A stretch of DNA of 64,000 nt, taken from NCBI GenBank assembly GCA_039189765.1, contig JBCCYL010000004.1, positions 96,001-160,000 of the forward strand. The letters are read 5' to 3'. Source of the DNA: Cyanobacteria bacterium P01_F01_bin.150. Its GTDB lineage: Bacteria; Cyanobacteriota; Cyanobacteriia; CAKZMO01. Shown here one piece after another: positions 10,048 to 22,380 of the stretch (positions are counted from its first letter, which is position 1; each line of letters starts with the position of its first letter). The position numbers were made by a program, and so were the translations under genes. The notes beneath the pieces were generated by a model. It worked only from the letters and a program-made list of their open reading frames with translations, had not been told where the DNA came from and did not search any database.

Positions 10048-10682
10048 TTGCAAACTTACTCCACACAACACCGTTCAATACCACTAGCGCTTCGTAGCTA
10101 CTGCTTTAAAGCCGAACCGTTCAAATGGTCAATTACCACATAGTTATGGCAATGACATAAGTATCCAATATTGAGCCTACTAAGAGCTGAACAATGCTTT
10201 GTAAAACATTGCTCCACTTTTATAAAGACGCTCTGGAAGTCCCAATATGAACTAAATGCTCCCTTCACAAAACATTCAAACACCTTAAAAAGGTCTTACC
10301 TTTCTGGGGCAGGTTTACTCGACTGTTCGGGATGATTTCATGAATCTAAATATTATTTTTAGATTCAGTTTGTTTCTGCGTCTACATGATAATACGGATA
10401 AGTTGATTTTTCCTAGCTATTTTTTCTGTTTTTTGTGTCTTTTGCGCACATTTGTAGAATCAATCTTGTAGCATTGTAGAAATCAAGCTCAAGGTCTGCT
10501 CTAGAGTTATGATCTGTTATGTCAATCTAGGCGTTATTTATGACTCAGCGTTCTCGTCCCATTAAGCACTACATTCCCCTCAGCGTATTCTTGATTACTT
10601 TATCCGCATACCTCTGGATTTCCCTGTTCATTAGAGGATAGGCTCTTATAGGCAGTGACAGAAAATTTCTTTTAAGTCTTGT

Positions 10683-11318
10683 CTATCCATTATTGTCCAG
10701 ATCACGGCGAAGCGTGTCTAATTCATCCTCAATGCTTCGATAAGAACTATGAGGGGGATTGCTTCTTCTTCCCATGGCTTTACGTCCCACAGTTTGTGTA
10801 TTTGAGAACTTGACATCTTCTCCGGTCAGCCTCATGTAGCCTAGATAAGCTACAGCAACTAGTCCCAATATTAGTAATAGTAGATATTGAAAAGGAATAT
10901 AGCTAAATACGTGAATTCGGATTTTGCTCAGAAACCAAGCAACCCCTAAATACCCTGTTGCCATTAGAGCTGCTCCTTGGACCATACGTACCACTGGAAC
11001 TTGATGCAAAGGTAGCCGTTGCTTTGTTACCCATAAAGATATTCCCACATAGTAGCAAGGAGCCATCAGCAGTAGAATATCGGCTTCTTGAAAAACCCTG
11101 GTCCATCCTCCATTATGTGTTGCAAATAATAGGTACCCGACCGTTAGCAATAAGCTGATCAAGGCCATCCCTAAATTTAGGCTCAACACAAAGGGTTCTT
11201 CTTTTTGGCCTGGGACAGCAATGCAAATGCCCAAGGCGATCCAAGGCGCTGCTAAAATCCACAACAAAATAAGGGGTTGGTAATCATTTAGCAGAGTAAA
11301 AAAGTCTTGAAAGGTCAT
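10683..11318 (-). CDS. Hypothetical integral membrane protein (about 5 TM)
   Basis: Multiple hydrophobic helices and a charged C-terminal tail (IEDELDTLRR). Confidence 0.7.
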   Translation of the reverse strand: MTFQDFFTLLNDYQPLILLWILAAPWIALGICIAVPGQKEEPFVLSLNLGMALISLLLTVGYLLFATHNGGWTRVFQEADILLLMAPCYYVGISLWVTKQRLPLHQVPVVRMVQGAALMATGYLGVAWFLSKIRIHVFSYIPFQYLLLLILGLVAVAYLGYMRLTGEDVKFSNTQTVGRKAMGRRSNPPHSSYRSIEDELDTLRRDLDNNG

Positions 11319-11470
11319 GGTATGAATACAGGATAAGGATTTGAAGCCAATTTAGTTCCCAGAATTGAACCACATATTGCTAATGTACCCAGAACAATAG
11401 CGATAGAATACTGAATCATCCGTTTAGTGAGAAATGCTGGTGTGGAGACACTCTGAGGATTTAGCAAGTT

Positions 11471-12676
11471 ATGGCATCTGTTTTAGTGATTGGGGGACAA
11501 GGACGAATCGGAGGACGTGTGGCTTTCGATTTGTTGAAATATACAAATGCTCAGGTAACTGTAACGGGTCGCCAACTTTCTACCTCTGAAGCGTCACTGC
11601 CTGATTATGCAGTAAATGAGTCTCGATGGACATCGAGCACACTGGATTTGGATAACCGTGAGCAATTAACGCAGGCGATTGCCTCACACGATTTGATTAT
11701 TCACTGTGCTGGCCCCTTCCACTATCGAGATACTCGCGTTCTAAAAGCCTGCATCGATCAGGGTGTCGACTATCTAGACGTCAGCGATTGTGCCCCCTTT
11801 ACCCAACAAGCATTGGCACTTCATGACGCAGCTCAAGCCGCTGGGATTACTGCAATTATTAATACTGGAGTCTTTCCAGGAATTTCAAATAGCATGGTGC
11901 GGCTCTGCATGGAGACCTTTGCCCAAAAGACCCCTCAAATGTCAGCCCAGTCGTCACCCCAACAGAACAGTCAACAGACAGAGCGGCAAGCCAAGACTAT
12001 TCGTTTATATTATGCGGTAGCAGGTTCTGGAGGGGCTGGAGTAACGGTACTGCGTACCACGTTTCTCGGCCTCCAAAAGCCGTTTCAGGTATGGATAAAT
12101 GGGCAATGGCAGCAGAAACTGCCCTATAGCGATCGCCAAGTCGTCCAGTTTCCAAAGCCTTACGGTAAAGTAGGATTGTACTGGTACGAAGTGCCAGAAA
12201 CAATCACCCTTGCCCAATCCTTTCCGGTACAAACGGTCGTTACGAAGTTTGGTTCGATTCCCGACATCTACAATCGCCTAACTTGGATGGTAGCCCGCTG
12301 GTTCCCCAGCTCCTGGATTCAAGATCCATCCATGATAGAATCGCTATCTCAAGTCAGCTATAAGATGACTCAGGTAAGCGATCGATTCAGTGGTACAGGC
12401 ATTGCGATGAGAGTAGAGGTAACGGACTCTGTAGATGTCGCAGGGAATGATAGCGATCGCTTGACAACCTCAGGATCTCAGCCACAGATGCATGCTATAA
12501 CGCTAACTCATCCCGATACGGCGATCGCCGCTGGAGCGGGAACAGGCAGCTTAGCCCAACTGATTTTGGCAAGGCGACTGCACCAACCCGGCGTTTACCC
12601 CGTAGAAGCAGCTTTACCGACAGCCCTATTTCAAGAGGTAATGACGGCGCGACGGATTCACCTTACCCACGGCTAA
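11471..12676 (+). CDS. Saccharopine dehydrogenase-like oxidoreductase
   Basis: Rossmann motif VIGGQGRIG, IHCAGPF, YLDVSD, NTGVFPGISN. Confidence 0.88.
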   Translation: MASVLVIGGQGRIGGRVAFDLLKYTNAQVTVTGRQLSTSEASLPDYAVNESRWTSSTLDLDNREQLTQAIASHDLIIHCAGPFHYRDTRVLKACIDQGVDYLDVSDCAPFTQQALALHDAAQAAGITAIINTGVFPGISNSMVRLCMETFAQKTPQMSAQSSPQQNSQQTERQAKTIRLYYAVAGSGGAGVTVLRTTFLGLQKPFQVWINGQWQQKLPYSDRQVVQFPKPYGKVGLYWYEVPETITLAQSFPVQTVVTKFGSIPDIYNRLTWMVARWFPSSWIQDPSMIESLSQVSYKMTQVSDRFSGTGIAMRVEVTDSVDVAGNDSDRLTTSGSQPQMHAITLTHPDTAIAAGAGTGSLAQLILARRLHQPGVYPVEAALPTALFQEVMTARRIHLTHG

Positions 12677-12751
12677 CGATAGCGTCATGGTTAGCATAGC
12701 TGGGCTAAAATTTACCTATTGGCAAGTTGGCAATAGCAATAGCAAGGAGCG

Positions 12752-13433
12752 ATGACAACGATGTCTGCAAACATCATCACTCCAATTCAGGTTTCTTCGT
12801 CCCAGATAGAGCCGTCTTTAGCGGAAAAGCGAGTATCGTTAAACGTCTCCTGGCAAGGATTTCAAACAATTTTGGGGGCGTTGGAAGGCGATCGTTCAGC
12901 CCAACTGACTTACTACAATAATGGAATTCTCGAAATTATGACTCCGCTTGAATCCCATGAAAGCGACAGCGGTTTAATTGGCCAGTTTATTGAAATTACC
13001 ACCGAAGAACTGGACCTCACGATTAAGACAATGGGATCCTCTAGGCTAAGCCGCAATACCCTTGGCGGAGCTGAACCCGATCAAGGATATTATATCGCCA
13101 ACGAACCAAAGGTCAGAGGACGGCGAGTGGATTTGTCGGTGCCCCCACTCACCCGATTTAGTGGTAGAAGTGGACATCACCAATACAGATATTGATAAAA
13201 ATGCCGTTTATGCCAAACTGGGGATTCCTGAATTTTGGAGATATGACGGTCAAACTCTGAGAATTTACCAGATTCAAAACCATCAGTACCGCGAAGTTGC
13301 CCAAAGTCCCACGTTTCCGCTTGTCCCGAAAGAGCGGCCATATGAGTTCCTCAATAACTGTGCCCAACAAGGAGAAACCGCTGCAAAGCGAACGTTACGA
13401 GTCTGGTTACGTCAGCAGACAGGTTGCACGTAA
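12752..13433 (+). pseudogene. Uma2 family endonuclease, frameshifted near 13140-13150
   Basis: The N-half (VSWQGFQTIL...AEPDQGYYI...VDLS) and C-half (PDLVVEVDIT...YAKLGIPEFWRYDG) are in different frames. Confidence 0.8.
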
Positions 13434-13568
13434 CAGACCTCCATTCGTCCAAGAAGGCTTGGCGAGTACATTGCATGTTCAACAGCTATCTGTCGTATGT
13501 CCGCCCGAGGCGACCATACACACCACCTTGAAACACAATCGCGATTCTTTACCCTGGGTGACCATATC

Positions 13569-13958
13569 CTATGAGAAGCTAGCTGCATCAAGATATTCGT
13601 CGATATTTGTGTAAAATATTGTGACTTCCTCACCCTCTCGAATCTCTTCTGTCGCTTCCAGATGAGCCCATATTCCACAGTCATCTTCAATCCAATTAAC
13701 GCAAGCATTTGGACTGTCGCTATGATTACAAAGTGAGGTCATGCCAAAAACAATATATCCACTAACTTTGGCCGATTCATACACATACTCTGTCGGATTG
13801 ACAAATAAGTATCGGTAACAATCCAACTTTTCAATTACGTTCCTTTCAGAATGTGAGATTCTAGAAGCAGGTACAGCCTCTATAAGAGTTCCCTTTTGAA
13901 TATTTTTCGTGGCGACAATACCGCGCCCTTTACCCGGAAATATAGTTAAATTTATCAT
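13569..13958 (-). CDS. SET-domain protein (putative lysine methyltransferase)
   Basis: GKGRGIVAT, SLCNHSDSPN, IREGEEVTIFY. Confidence 0.88.
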   Translation of the reverse strand: MINLTIFPGKGRGIVATKNIQKGTLIEAVPASRISHSERNVIEKLDCYRYLFVNPTEYVYESAKVSGYIVFGMTSLCNHSDSPNACVNWIEDDCGIWAHLEATEEIREGEEVTIFYTNIDEYLDAASFS

Positions 13959-13997
13959 CGTAATAGACTCATTTATTCCAGACTAAGTAAAAGATAG

Positions 13998-14582
13998 TTA
14001 TTCCTGAACTCCACCTCTTTCGACTTCCATCCATACCATGTCAACTAAATCTCCATTTGGCATATTCCAGGATTCAGTCATAATCTCTTTAACAAAAAAA
14101 CCCGATCTTTTACACATATTAATTGAAGTTTTGTTTGAAGCTAAAATCGCTGCGCCAATCCTCTTAATATTTAGTTCATTAAAAGCATGAGTAACCATAC
14201 CTTGCAATGTCAATCTTCCATACCCTTTATTTCTATACCTTCTATCTAAAATGGCAACGCCGGTTTCGGTCGTGAGTAAGTCCATATTAAATCCCTTTAG
14301 CACACCATATCCAATTGGCTGTGGCTCCGTTTCCAGAAAAACTCCAAGCACAACGGGTTCACTTGGACGGGAAAAGGGTAAGGCATACGCTGCAAGAGCT
14401 TCCACAAAACCATCTACATCATCAGAGGAAAAAGATGTTTCCCAACCCATCGCATCTATTAACTCAGGGTCTTTTGCCAGCTTAATCAAATGCTTGATGT
14501 CATCTTCTTCAATTAAAGCTAATATCACTTTTCGATTGGCTTTTTGATACTCTGTTATCACTCTAGCGTTTGATAAGCTCAT
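13998..14582 (-). CDS. GNAT acetyltransferase (RimJ/RimL-like)
   Basis: RRYRNKGYG acetyl-CoA motif, AFNELNIKRI, NKTSINMCKRSGF. Confidence 0.85.
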   Translation of the reverse strand: MSLSNARVITEYQKANRKVILALIEEDDIKHLIKLAKDPELIDAMGWETSFSSDDVDGFVEALAAYALPFSRPSEPVVLGVFLETEPQPIGYGVLKGFNMDLLTTETGVAILDRRYRNKGYGRLTLQGMVTHAFNELNIKRIGAAILASNKTSINMCKRSGFFVKEIMTESWNMPNGDLVDMVWMEVERGGVQE

Positions 14583-14979
14583 CCTTTAAACGTCTTATTA
14601 ACTTAATTGTGGTCTTAAAGCGATATAGCTGATTAATTATAGTTGATAAAATGGTTTAATCTAAATCTCAAAATTCATCTTAAATAGAAATAAAATTAAC
14701 GGTATGGTGGGCGCGAAGTGGTTGTTTTAGTTGCCTAACTTAGACATCCTAAAGTGGCATTGCCAATAAATATGTAAGATACACGAAGATCAGAGCCAAA
14801 ATCAAATTTTTTACAACCTATCAACTTTTAAAATCCTATCCCACGACCATACTTTAAATAAATTTAATATTCAGCAGCTACCCATTTACAGATCTTGAGG
14901 CTGACAGAAAAATCGCTGTCTTTGGGATACTCTATATATTGGCATGTTGGCAAACTTATTAACGTGATAAGCAGAAACA

Positions 14980-15645
14980 ATGACAACCTATGTGATTACT
15001 GGTGCTAATCGCGGCATTGGCTATGAGTACTGCAAACAACTCACCGAGCGAGGAGATAAAGCGATCGCCCTCTGCCGCACTCCATCCCAAGAGCTGCTTG
15101 ATTTAGGCATCCGTGTCGAGGCCAACGTAGATATCACCTCTGATGCCTCAGTTGCAGCTGTTGTCCAGCGCTTGCGGGATATCTCTCTCGATGTCTTGAT
15201 TAACAATGCCGGAATTTTAGAGCGAGTCACCCTGGACGACTTGAATTTTGATAGCATTCGTCGGCAATTTGAGGTAAATGCCATAGGGCCACTGCGTCTC
15301 ACCAAAGCCCTTCTGCCAGCATTGCCAAACGGTGCCAAAGTAGTGCTGATGACTAGTCGCATGGGGTCCATTGATGACAATACCTCTGGCGGTTCCTACG
15401 GCTACCGCATGTCTAAAGTGGCACTGTCCATGGCAGGAAAGTCATTATCCCATGACCTTTCCCATCGAAATATTGCCGTCGCTATTTTGCATCCTGGGTT
15501 GGTCCAAACTCGGATGACTGGATTTACCCCCCACGGCATTACCCCTACAGAATCGGTAAAGGGATTACTCGATCGGATTGATCAGCTTACTCTAGATACC
15601 ACCGGAACCTTTTGGCATGCCAATGGGGAAGTTTTGCCTTGGTAG
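14980..15645 (+). CDS. SDR family oxidoreductase (CsgA/C-factor-like)
   Basis: TGANRGIG, NNAG, YRMSK, LHPGLVQTRM. Confidence 0.92.
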   Translation: MTTYVITGANRGIGYEYCKQLTERGDKAIALCRTPSQELLDLGIRVEANVDITSDASVAAVVQRLRDISLDVLINNAGILERVTLDDLNFDSIRRQFEVNAIGPLRLTKALLPALPNGAKVVLMTSRMGSIDDNTSGGSYGYRMSKVALSMAGKSLSHDLSHRNIAVAILHPGLVQTRMTGFTPHGITPTESVKGLLDRIDQLTLDTTGTFWHANGEVLPW

Positions 15646-15781
15646 GGTAGGGGGTAGGAGAGCCTGGCAAGGGCGATCACCGCTTTTTTCGCTTTGGGAG
15701 TTAATCTAAATCCATAACTATTCACGAATTGAAACCCTTAAATCATCAGAAAATCTGAAATTCGATGATAGTATACCGGAA

Positions 15782-15867
15782 CACAGTAGGGGTGCCTGCG
15801 TTAAATCCAGGCTGAGAATACACCCTTTGGACCTGAGACTGGTTAGTACCAGCGTAGGGAAGCTGTG
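15782..15867 (+). ncRNA. TPP riboswitch
   Basis: AGGGGTGC...GCTGAGA..ACACCCT..GACCTGA...TAGTACCAGCGTAGGGA with P1 CACAG/CTGTG, directly upstream of thiC. Confidence 0.92.
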
Positions 15868-15868
15868 A

Positions 15869-17290
<1,422 letters not shown>

Positions 17291-17319
17291 GCACTTCTTA
17301 GGCTTAAATCCTAAGCCAT

Positions 17320-17398
17320 GTAGGATGGGCAAAACAACGGGGGCCAATCATGGCAACTCGTGCGATGGGCATGTCCTTGCGTCCTTTGTCCATCCTAC
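17320..17398. repeat. GTAG-type REP doublet (REPIN), second copy at 59601-59679
   Basis: GTAGGATGGGCAAA...TTTGTCCATCCTAC. Both copies are 79 bp. Confidence 0.75.
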
Positions 17399-17485
17399 TT
17401 TCCAAATCCTGGTGAATAATACAGGCTAAAACAACGGTAGTGGGGGCGCAAAGTTCCCCCCACTACCCGTCGAAAATTGATAGCT

Positions 17486-17941
17486 TTATTTACTTGTTGA
17501 CCTAATATTATGTTCAAGCTGTTCAACTTTTTCCTGGAGGGCAAACATGTCTTGGCGAGTTTCAATCACCAGGGTTGCAAGCTGGTCAAACATCAGTTCA
17601 GCTTGCGCAGCTTCTAAATCTAGAGGGTCGGAGGAGACTGGGCGTTGCTGATTGGATTGAGCGATCGCATCGTCTTGCCTTCCACGACTATCTGGAATAA
17701 GTTCCTGCCCGATAATTCGGTCACCAGATGCTCGTTGTACTCGGTCTAACGCTGTTTCAACCTGTTGAATCTCTGTGCGGAGAGTACGGATGTCTGACTC
17801 AATTCGAGACAAACGAAACGACGTGGTTGTGTCAAGCTGAGCACGGGCGGGATGATTGGCCGAAGCCCCCCAGAGTAAGAACAAAGTGAGCACGACTCCC
17901 AGGGTCACTTGAATCCACTGCTTTGCTGATAAGAGACGCAT
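17486..17941 (-). CDS. Hypothetical exported coiled-coil protein
   Basis: Signal peptide ending PARA-Q, RLSRIESDIRTLR, MFDQLATLVIE. Confidence 0.7.
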   Translation of the reverse strand: MRLLSAKQWIQVTLGVVLTLFLLWGASANHPARAQLDTTTSFRLSRIESDIRTLRTEIQQVETALDRVQRASGDRIIGQELIPDSRGRQDDAIAQSNQQRPVSSDPLDLEAAQAELMFDQLATLVIETRQDMFALQEKVEQLEHNIRSTSK

Positions 17942-18003
17942 GGCATTTTCAGCTTCAGGCTGATGTAAAAATCACTGCTGGGCAAGTTCGACCGGCCTAT
18001 CCG

Positions 18004-20682
18004 CTATGACGACACTGGAGAAGGCGTTGGATTAAGTGCAGCCTTTGGATATGGAATTCGTTTATGGTTGTACTGCTGCCATACTCGCACAAAAATCTCA
18101 GCAATTCGCCTCATATCTTGGCGGGTCAAGCCTGAATCCACCATTTGATTATCTTGCCAGCGAGCGTTCAGAATTTTATTGACCATGGCTAATGCTTCTT
18201 CGTAGGAAGCATCTTTAAGCGAACGTAATGCTGCCTCACAGGAATCTGCCAACATCAAAATGCCAGTCTCTCGCGATTGGGGAATAGGGCCATCGTATCG
18301 GAAGTCCTCTTCCCGTACCTCAATACTCGGGTCTTCCTCGGCTCGTTTTTTGGCCTGATAGTAAAAGTAAGTAATTAACATCGTGCCCTGATGCTCGGGG
18401 ATACAGGCCTGTATGGCTCCTGGTAGCCGACATTTCCTTGCCATAACTAGACCTTCTGACACATGCTTCTTGATAATTTCCGCACTTTTCCATGGATCAT
18501 TAATCAGGTCATGCTTGTTAGGACCCCCCATTTGATTTTCGATAAAGCCTTGGGGGTCATGCATTTTGCCAATGTCGTGGTACAGCGTTCCAGAACGCAC
18601 TAGCTCCACATTACAGCGTAAATCCCTAGCAGCCGCTTCTGCCAAACTGGCTACAAATACCGTGTGCTGAAACGTCCCCGGAGCTTCTGATGCCAATCGT
18701 TTAAGTAACGGACGGTTTGGATTAGACAGTTCTACCAATCGAATCGGCGTTACCAAATCAAATAGATGCTCTAAATAAGGGCTAATTCCTAAGGCAACCA
18801 CACTCCAGGCAACCCCCATCAGTGCTTGAATTAACGTTGCCGTTAGTAGGGTTTGAAATACGGGACCGGCTGCGGCACTCAAAATCAAACTAATGATCAG
18901 AAAGACAATGCCCTGAACCAAGCCAACACTGCCCCCTAACAATGCCAATTCCTCTCTGGAGCGGAGGCGATCAGCCATCACCGTTCCGACTAAACTGCCT
19001 ACTACACTGGCAATAAAGGTTCGTACGTTGATTTCCAGGCCAATAGGTAACATCAAGCTAAGTAAGCTAATGACTGTGATGCCCAGAGGTGAACCATAGA
19101 AGCTGCCAATTAATAGTCCGACTAGAGGCAAATTTGAGGCAGGGAGTCCTAGGGCAATGACCAATGGTGTACTCAGGATTAACAATACGACCAAAACATG
19201 ATCACGCGATCGCAGCTTGGGGCGAAATCGGTACTCGGCAAACAAGAAAAGGGCCACTCCCCCACTCGTTAGAGCCGCGAAGCCCACTAACCCAAACCAA
19301 TTTATCCCTCTACCGCTCATTTGAAATTCATCTAGAAGAACAAACTGAGCCTGGCTAATTTGATCACCTGCTTCTACGATAGTTTCCCCCCTGCGAATTT
19401 CGACCATTTCAGGCTGAACAGACTGAGCAGCTTGTTCTGCTAACACTCTGGTTTGTTCTTCGTCTCTCACCAAATTAGGTTTAATAATGCCCATCAATAA
19501 ATCGACCGTTAGTGGAATAGCCGATTGGGGAACGTAGCGTTCAATATGAAAAAGGATTGCTTGCCGCAGTAAATCATCAGGAGTTCCGGCAGACACTCCT
19601 TGGGTAAGGGTTCGCTCCAGAATATGTCGAATACCAGATTGGGTTTCTACCCATTCATTATCTGTAAGGAGAAGAAGCGAGTGAGTATAAAAATTAGTCG
19701 GCTTTTTAACAGGAGATGAATTCAGAGTCGCAAGGGCAATCTTATAGCGTTGCCGAGAACGAATAATTAGCTGTTTTAACGCCGAAAAATCATCTTTAGA
19801 GGAAGCATTTCGATAGGCTTGGAGTTCAATAATCGCTAATTGTTGGGATGCTTGAGGACTAAAAGTGGATAATTCTTCCTCCCGACCGTTTGCCGATGGT
19901 GTTTCCTCTCTAAGAACTCCAGAATCGTTTAGAAGACCAGGCTCCTTGGTTTCTTTTGCATCCAGTAATACAAGGACATCTCTCCATTCACTTTCTGATG
20001 CCTGTCTCAAATAGTTTTGAGCACGAGTCGATAAGGTTGAAGGGTCAATAAACGGAAAGGCTCCTGCCTCAGTCCTAATTTCGCCTGCATAAGTCAGCGA
20101 TCGCTGTAACGATTGATAAATACGTTGATTAACCGTTTGGTCAATCATTAGAACAGGTAATGCCCCTTTGCTAGCAGCTTCTCGACGGGCTTGAGTCGTC
20201 ACAACATCTTCCACCAGTGCGTCTTCAGGCGCACGAAGGGTCTGGGGTGCGATGGTTTCGACCGCCAGTTTAGGTTCGTTATAGAATCGATAGCCGATGG
20301 CACTGGTTAAAGATGCCACCGTCACAACAAAAGCAATAGAAGACGAGTAGCCCAATCGTTTTCTAGCTTTCTTTTTCGGAGAACAGTTTAAGGATGTAGT
20401 ATTTGAAGGAGATTTAAATTCATCAGCTTGAGTCTGTAGGAATCGAGCAATAGCATCTGTTGTTTTGGCAGATGTCTTACCAGTACCTTTCTCAGTTACT
20501 GAATGCATGTCAATAGAAACGGTCGCGGGTTGATGATCGTCTGCATGAGCCGACATCTTTGACTGTGATTCTTCTATATTCTTGGAGACCATTCCGCTTG
20601 AAAGTGATGTCATATTGGTAACAACATCCGACTGCCGCCCTCGACCTATTTGTTGCGCCAATGAACGAAACAATTTCATCAT
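18004..20682 (-). CDS. 7TM-HD (HDIG) phosphohydrolase, PgpH-like cyclic-dinucleotide phosphodiesterase
   Basis: Extracellular 7TMR-HDED region, 7 TM helices, APGTFQH, LYHDIGK, EHQGT, MLADSCEAA. The true start may be downstream. Confidence 0.9.
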   Translation of the reverse strand: MMKLFRSLAQQIGRGRQSDVVTNMTSLSSGMVSKNIEESQSKMSAHADDHQPATVSIDMHSVTEKGTGKTSAKTTDAIARFLQTQADEFKSPSNTTSLNCSPKKKARKRLGYSSSIAFVVTVASLTSAIGYRFYNEPKLAVETIAPQTLRAPEDALVEDVVTTQARREAASKGALPVLMIDQTVNQRIYQSLQRSLTYAGEIRTEAGAFPFIDPSTLSTRAQNYLRQASESEWRDVLVLLDAKETKEPGLLNDSGVLREETPSANGREEELSTFSPQASQQLAIIELQAYRNASSKDDFSALKQLIIRSRQRYKIALATLNSSPVKKPTNFYTHSLLLLTDNEWVETQSGIRHILERTLTQGVSAGTPDDLLRQAILFHIERYVPQSAIPLTVDLLMGIIKPNLVRDEEQTRVLAEQAAQSVQPEMVEIRRGETIVEAGDQISQAQFVLLDEFQMSGRGINWFGLVGFAALTSGGVALFLFAEYRFRPKLRSRDHVLVVLLILSTPLVIALGLPASNLPLVGLLIGSFYGSPLGITVISLLSLMLPIGLEINVRTFIASVVGSLVGTVMADRLRSREELALLGGSVGLVQGIVFLIISLILSAAAGPVFQTLLTATLIQALMGVAWSVVALGISPYLEHLFDLVTPIRLVELSNPNRPLLKRLASEAPGTFQHTVFVASLAEAAARDLRCNVELVRSGTLYHDIGKMHDPQGFIENQMGGPNKHDLINDPWKSAEIIKKHVSEGLVMARKCRLPGAIQACIPEHQGTMLITYFYYQAKKRAEEDPSIEVREEDFRYDGPIPQSRETGILMLADSCEAALRSLKDASYEEALAMVNKILNARWQDNQMVDSGLTRQDMRRIAEIFVRVWQQYNHKRIPYPKAALNPTPSPVSS

Positions 20683-20928
20683 GTCACCAACCGTTCAATA
20701 ACTGGACAGCCTTTACACGTCTCGAACATACAGAAAACAAGTTTGGGAATCCATCGAACACAATGTGTAACATCACAGGTTGCAATAGGCTAGTAGAGGT
20801 CTTTACTTAACCGACCCTATGCTGGTCTCAAATAGGGCAATCTTAAGCACGATACGCTGGACCCCTCCCATTGTAAACCCGATACTCGCAGGATTGTTCA
20901 CTTTGAGGTTGGGCTTGCTTCTAAAAAC

Positions 20929-21918
20929 TCAAGGATTAATAGTCTGGGCAAGCCCAACCTCAGAGCCACTCCACATAGCAGTAAATCTAGTACTCCAGTC
21001 TGGATAGTGAGATACACAAGAACTCTGATTCAAATTATCACGATGGCTATGCATAAAATGCCGCCAGATCAAAGGTAACCGATTAAACCCGATATGACTT
21101 CCTACTAAACCACCTGTTATTCCTGTTATCAAAGGCAATCGTTTGTCCTCTACAGAATGCTCTTGATGAAAAAATACGGTAGAAAGTATCGCTAGCTCAT
21201 AACTTTTAGAGCCATAAAAAAAGGCATCACGTATTGCATGAAGACTGGGATAAGATTGAACATGCGTTGCATCGGTATAGATATTATGCTCTGGCCCTAA
21301 AGATCTCTGCTGTGACGAGTAATCAGCTTGCATTGCCCAGCCAACAGCCTCTCCTATCGTTTTGAATGCAGACCACCATGTTTCTTTTTGGGTGGGTAGG
21401 AGGCACTGTCTAATCGCATATTGTTGTTTTTTCACGTCCTCATAGTAAAAAAGTAAAAGAGGGAACAAGACAAAAATGGCTTCGAGATCAAGCTGAAAAG
21501 GACTTATGCCCATTCCGGACAGCATATTTACATCATCATCATTAGAAGACGATTTATCAATTCTGAACAAAGGAGCATCGGTAACTAAAGAATCTAATAT
21601 TTTGATCACAGAGAGGGGAACGGTGACTGCATCATTGTCATTGCGCCTGTTAAGAGCATAAACAGGCGCAATTGCCACAGTATCTTGTTCCCTAAGGCCA
21701 GCAGCAAACAATTGGGTCAGGACGAATACGTATTGTTCAGAATGCGAATCTTTTTGATCGCAGCCCATTTTATCTCTAGCTAGCCATGACCAATCCAAGT
21801 TGCCTAAATGCAAGGAGTAGCCTAAACGATCGCTTGATACATGGTGTAGGCCTATCCAATAGCCTAGGATTAAACCAGCGATCGCCCCTCTAAACTTGTT
21901 TCGCAATATGAATGACAT
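20929..21918 (-). CDS. ADP-ribosylglycohydrolase-like protein, degenerate
   Basis: N-terminal KFRGAIAGLILG and C-terminal ITGGLVGSHIGFNRLPLIW resemble the ARH fold ends. Acidic metal-binding motifs are absent. Confidence 0.55.
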   Translation of the reverse strand: MSFILRNKFRGAIAGLILGYWIGLHHVSSDRLGYSLHLGNLDWSWLARDKMGCDQKDSHSEQYVFVLTQLFAAGLREQDTVAIAPVYALNRRNDNDAVTVPLSVIKILDSLVTDAPLFRIDKSSSNDDDVNMLSGMGISPFQLDLEAIFVLFPLLLFYYEDVKKQQYAIRQCLLPTQKETWWSAFKTIGEAVGWAMQADYSSQQRSLGPEHNIYTDATHVQSYPSLHAIRDAFFYGSKSYELAILSTVFFHQEHSVEDKRLPLITGITGGLVGSHIGFNRLPLIWRHFMHSHRDNLNQSSCVSHYPDWSTRFTAMWSGSEVGLAQTINP

Positions 21919-22380
21919 GTTTGATGTGGATTATGGACCATTTTTCCTTCATAGCCCTACAGGCTCAGCTTTGAACATATTCCCCAGCAACGTTAGGGAA
22001 ATATTCCTGTCCAATGCTCAAATATAAAGGCGTAGCGCTATGAGACATTAGTTGGATTGAATTGTTAAATCTTTTCCAGATTGAGATCTTAATTAATGGA
22101 TCATAATTTATATATGCTACACATAGCATTTAATCTTTGATCGATTGTGTGGGTGTGCAGTGCTCATTACTAATATTTTTACTCTACCCAGAGTAAGGAC
22201 TGTTTGCATTAGTTGGGTAATACCCATAAATAATCGCTTCGGTGAGTGTTAAGCTTCTGTGGTGACAAAGGTGGAATGCTATCCCATCACTTACCATTGA
22301 CATTTACTAATACTAAAAAGTATTTGTCAGCAGTATGCGTTGAGATATTGAATGTTGATTGATTTATATCTTTTGTCGGC

